Part shown: piece after piece, positions 61,105 through 64,000 of the stretch
Layout of the letters: the number at the start of each line of letters is the position of its first letter
Numbering within the stretch: position 1 is the first letter of the stretch
Origin: a virus
Taxonomy: Duplodnaviria > Caudoviricetes
Length of the DNA stretch: 64,000 bases
IMG/VR virus record: IMGVR_UViG_3300021399_000130
Span: 26,592-90,591 of that record
Strand: one strand, 5' to 3'
Translations under genes and position numbers: made by a program
Notes under the pieces: generated by a model
What the model saw: the letters and a program-made list of their open reading frames with translations, nothing else
Told to the model about the DNA's origin: nothing
The model's database searches: none

Positions 61105-64000
61105 TTATAGGCTGTTTATTTTATCATATGTGAGTTCCTTAAGCTTTAACAATTTCCCAATATAATCACTTCTCCGGAGAGCCTTAAAGATTATATTTCC
61201 ATCACACATTTCCCTGCCATACTTTTCGAGGTCATCCTTACGCAGTTTTTTAATCTCGTTGAACATTTCTTCCGCGTCCTTTGCAACCTTCTTCATTTCG
61301 TATTCGTCGTCCTTGTGCTTTTTATAAATATCTATTAGACAGTCAATTTTATTCATGTACGTTGAAACCATTTCCCGTACGTGTTTTTTATTGACTTTTC
61401 CGGAACGTATCTTGTTCATATCCGGCTCAGTAATCCATTCATCACGGTCGATAGAATACACTCCGCTTGAAGCATGGGGCTCGTTTGAATCTTGTACATA
61501 AACCTCCACCGGGAAACCAAATATCTTAAGGTTTTTGTGTTTCTCGTTCCAGGCGTTTTTCTTTAATGTAAAGTATTCACGTACAAAATCGGTCCTTTCA
61601 TCAACATCTTCATAATCAATAAGGATATGAAGGTCAATGTCAGAGTATTTCTTGTTCCAGTTATAATTGGCGATTGAGCCTGTAATTATAACGTCTTCCG
61701 GTTCAACCCAATCAACCCCGAGTGATTCAAAGAAATCATCCGCGATATCAAGGAGTTTCAGGCGGATTCTTGTATCAAGGTGGCCGTCATCCCAGAACTT
61801 AGGATTTAAGTGCTTTTTGATGTTGAAAGAAGACAAATCAACGTCATCCGGTTCTACAATCTCGGAGGCAATTTCATTAAGACTGTCCGGAAATGGCATC
61901 GTTCCAAAATATTTCCCACACTCCTTACAGATATAAACAGGTTCGCCATGTATCTGACAGACAACTTTCCCGCCGCATTTATCGCAAGTTTCAGGGACTA
62001 ATTCGCCCTCGTCGTTCTTTATCTGCTTTTTCCTTTTCGACTCGTTTAGTTCCCCTGTCTTTTTCATCTTCTCGGTCCATTCCCTGAATATGATATTTCC
62101 AAGAAGGAACGCTTCGCCCTCAATACCACGAAGTGTCTTATCGTCCTCAAGGTTTCCTCCGGTACCCCAATCCTTTTCAGGGTTTTGGAGATTCTGCATA
62201 TGGTGGATAAATTCGTGCGAGACAGTTCTTAATATGTCCTTCAGTGCTCGGCCATACGTGAAGACAACAACCTTCTTTTCATCCGGGGAATAATATCCGG
62301 TTTTTATGAAAAGACCATCCTGCTCCTCCGGGTTAAGTTCAATTTTCGGGAGCGGGTCTATTCTAAGATGCTGTTCCCGCATAAAATCTATTAGCGACTT
62401 GATATACTTGTTGTAATTCACTGACATATTTTTTTCTTCATATAACGGAACATATATTGTTTCGTTGAGGCCTTTATTTGCCCGAAGGTCATCGATGGCT
62501 GCATCTGCCTGTTCGTAGCCATACCCATAACCATCTGGTGAAAAAAACCACTCGTCAAACACCAAGTTTCCATTATGGTCAATTGCATTAAAAAAACAAT
62601 TATTATCATAATCGGCTTTCCGAGCATTATAGTCGGGTCTCCTGTCTTGTTTGATATTCACGTCCGGTTTTTTTGTCACCATAGCATATCCTTTATAAAA
62701 CGGGCCAGCCCCATCAAACACTTCATTTGTCAAAAAATTACCGTCCCTATCAACAAACCCTTTCTTTTTAACAACATTTCCGTTGCTTTCTGTATATGGA
62801 AAAGTAACAACGGTTAAGCCTTCCGAAAAACAGCCGATAGAATAAAACCATCTATCAAAAAACAGATTACCGCTAACGTCAACAAGATTTTCCTTTTTGC
62901 CAGTTTCAGTCTTATTAACAACTTTAACTAAACCTTCTTTGTTAAAGTAGTTACCGGAAACACTATATGTGTCGCGTAATATTTCATCATACCAGTCGCC
63001 GAATAAAAATTCACCTGTTTCGAAACAAAAGAAATTTTCTTTCTGATTCAACCGAACGCGTATTATGTGTTTTCCGTCAGGTGTTGTATCCGACTTAACA
63101 CCGTACGGCGCTTCTATCCAGTCAAACCAAGTATTTAACAAAATATTGCCTTGGGTATTGATTATATTTTTTTTCCTGGTTTTGTTATCGGTAACCACAG
63201 CAATACCGCCATTAAAAAAATTAGATATATCGCTAAACCAAACATTTGACAGTATTTTATTGTTTTTGTTCATTATGTTGAACAAAAGAATGGGCTCTTC
63301 GCCTTCATAATATTCATCACCTTCATACTCATCATCATTTGGTTGTGTGCCGATTTTTAAGGATACAATTAGACAGTCTGAATTTCTATAAGGTTCTCGG
63401 ACACCATAAAATATGTCAGAAGGTTCGACCCCAGCATCCAGCATCCCCTGTACATCTTCCGGAAAAATAACCCCCTTTTTTCTTAATTCGTCTTTTGTGT
63501 ATGGTAAAAATGTCTGATAGAAGTTTCTGCCTATGATATTTTCAAGCTGCTCCACTGACATAACATTGTCATTTCCGCCATTATCATGATTCCAACGGCA
63601 AGTAATGGTGTTAACTTCACCTTCCATGGTTACAGAAACGGCAATCATACTCAATCCATAGCTGTCCAACGGACAATTCTCCCCAGCAACCATTGGTTCG
63701 TGCTCAAAGCCCTTCCTTAAACAGAAATAGAATCTCCCAATCCCACCATTCGTATAACTATCGTACATGTTTGGGTAATGCGTTACACACCAAGAAGTAT
63801 AATCACCATATTTCGCAGCTTCTTCGGCACTGTCAATCGGGACAATAGTATAGTTTTCATTGGCAGCAAGTTGTCTTTTGTTGGAAGTTTCTTTCGCTTT
63901 CTCTAGGTCACCCCTTGCAACTCCACTGAACCTATCCACAAGCGTTTGTAAATGCTCACCATTAAGGTTCCAGTCGTACTCATTCACATGGGCAAGATCG
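61105..64000 (-). CDS. N-terminally truncated multidomain polyprotein: WCVT domain plus WG repeats, HExxH metallopeptidase, zinc ribbon, pol-beta-like nucleotidyltransferase
   Basis: Frame open to the window edge (DLAHVNE|YDW). FSEGLTVV/GFVDRDG WG repeats; SHEFIHHMQ...EGEAFLLG; CDKCGG...CKECG; ITGSIANYNW...SDIDLH...VEVYVQD. Confidence 0.8.
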   Translation of the reverse strand, partial: DLAHVNEYDWNLNGEHLQTLVDRFSGVARGDLEKAKETSNKRQLAANENYTIVPIDSAEEAAKYGDYTSWCVTHYPNMYDSYTNGGIGRFYFCLRKGFEHEPMVAGENCPLDSYGLSMIAVSVTMEGEVNTITCRWNHDNGGNDNVMSVEQLENIIGRNFYQTFLPYTKDELRKKGVIFPEDVQGMLDAGVEPSDIFYGVREPYRNSDCLIVSLKIGTQPNDDEYEGDEYYEGEEPILLFNIMNKNNKILSNVWFSDISNFFNGGIAVVTDNKTRKKNIINTQGNILLNTWFDWIEAPYGVKSDTTPDGKHIIRVRLNQKENFFCFETGEFLFGDWYDEILRDTYSVSGNYFNKEGLVKVVNKTETGKKENLVDVSGNLFFDRWFYSIGCFSEGLTVVTFPYTESNGNVVKKKGFVDRDGNFLTNEVFDGAGPFYKGYAMVTKKPDVNIKQDRRPDYNARKADYDNNCFFNAIDHNGNLVFDEWFFSPDGYGYGYEQADAAIDDLRANKGLNETIYVPLYEEKNMSVNYNKYIKSLIDFMREQHLRIDPLPKIELNPEEQDGLFIKTGYYSPDEKKVVVFTYGRALKDILRTVSHEFIHHMQNLQNPEKDWGTGGNLEDDKTLRGIEGEAFLLGNIIFREWTEKMKKTGELNESKRKKQIKNDEGELVPETCDKCGGKVVCQIHGEPVYICKECGKYFGTMPFPDSLNEIASEIVEPDDVDLSSFNIKKHLNPKFWDDGHLDTRIRLKLLDIADDFFESLGVDWVEPEDVIITGSIANYNWNKKYSDIDLHILIDYEDVDERTDFVREYFTLKKNAWNEKHKNLKIFGFPVEVYVQDSNEPHASSGVYSIDRDEWITEPDMNKIRSGKVNKKHVREMVSTYMNKIDCLIDIYKKHKDDEYEMKKVAKDAEEMFNEIKKLRKDDLEKYGREMCDGNIIFKALRRSDYIGKLLKLKELTYDKINSL

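Noticed and set aside
1-64000. tRNA, rRNA or tmRNA genes
   Set aside because: No T-loop (GTTCRA) cloverleaf or rRNA-like segment was recognised by eye; a tRNAscan/Aragorn run would be needed to exclude them fully.

Overview
This window comes from a large T4-like (myovirus-type) phage genome. The host is probably a gut Bacteroidota member, inferred from a BACON domain, BspA-type LRRs, AT-rich translation starts without Shine-Dalgarno motifs and TTTG/TAnnTTTG-like promoters. The layout is reminiscent of Lak-type megaphages, but TAG is an ordinary stop here. The core morphogenesis module comprises the major capsid protein, scaffold, prohead protease, portal, neck, terminase, a baseplate spike-like protein and a late sigma-like factor. 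Accessory content: (i) three BspA-like LRR genes plus one related-leader gene; (ii) sugar-nucleotide and glycosyltransferase genes (rmlC, rmlD, ugd, two GTs); (iii) two methyltransferase-nuclease cassettes; (iv) many small hypothetical genes. Most notable observations: (1) two ~115-nt non-coding elements of unrelated sequence share an upstream promoter and a fold in which a 5' hairpin loop is complementary to the loop of a 3' terminator hairpin, and each lies directly upstream of a DNA methyltransferase cassette; (2) a recurring 'LTESxL..(I/M)I.ES' tag plus xNE protease sites on unrelated cargo proteins, including a multi-enzyme polyprotein; (3) a candidate -1 frameshift at an A9 run in a head protein; (4) an ORF-less group I intron with a variant P7 in terL beside a divergent free-standing homing endonuclease; (5) LRR repeats with a fixed framework and hypervariable positions; (6) a late motif that is the reverse complement of the T4 late promoter, and sigma54-like promoters. 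All calls are from manual motif reading; no database searches or folding programs were run.
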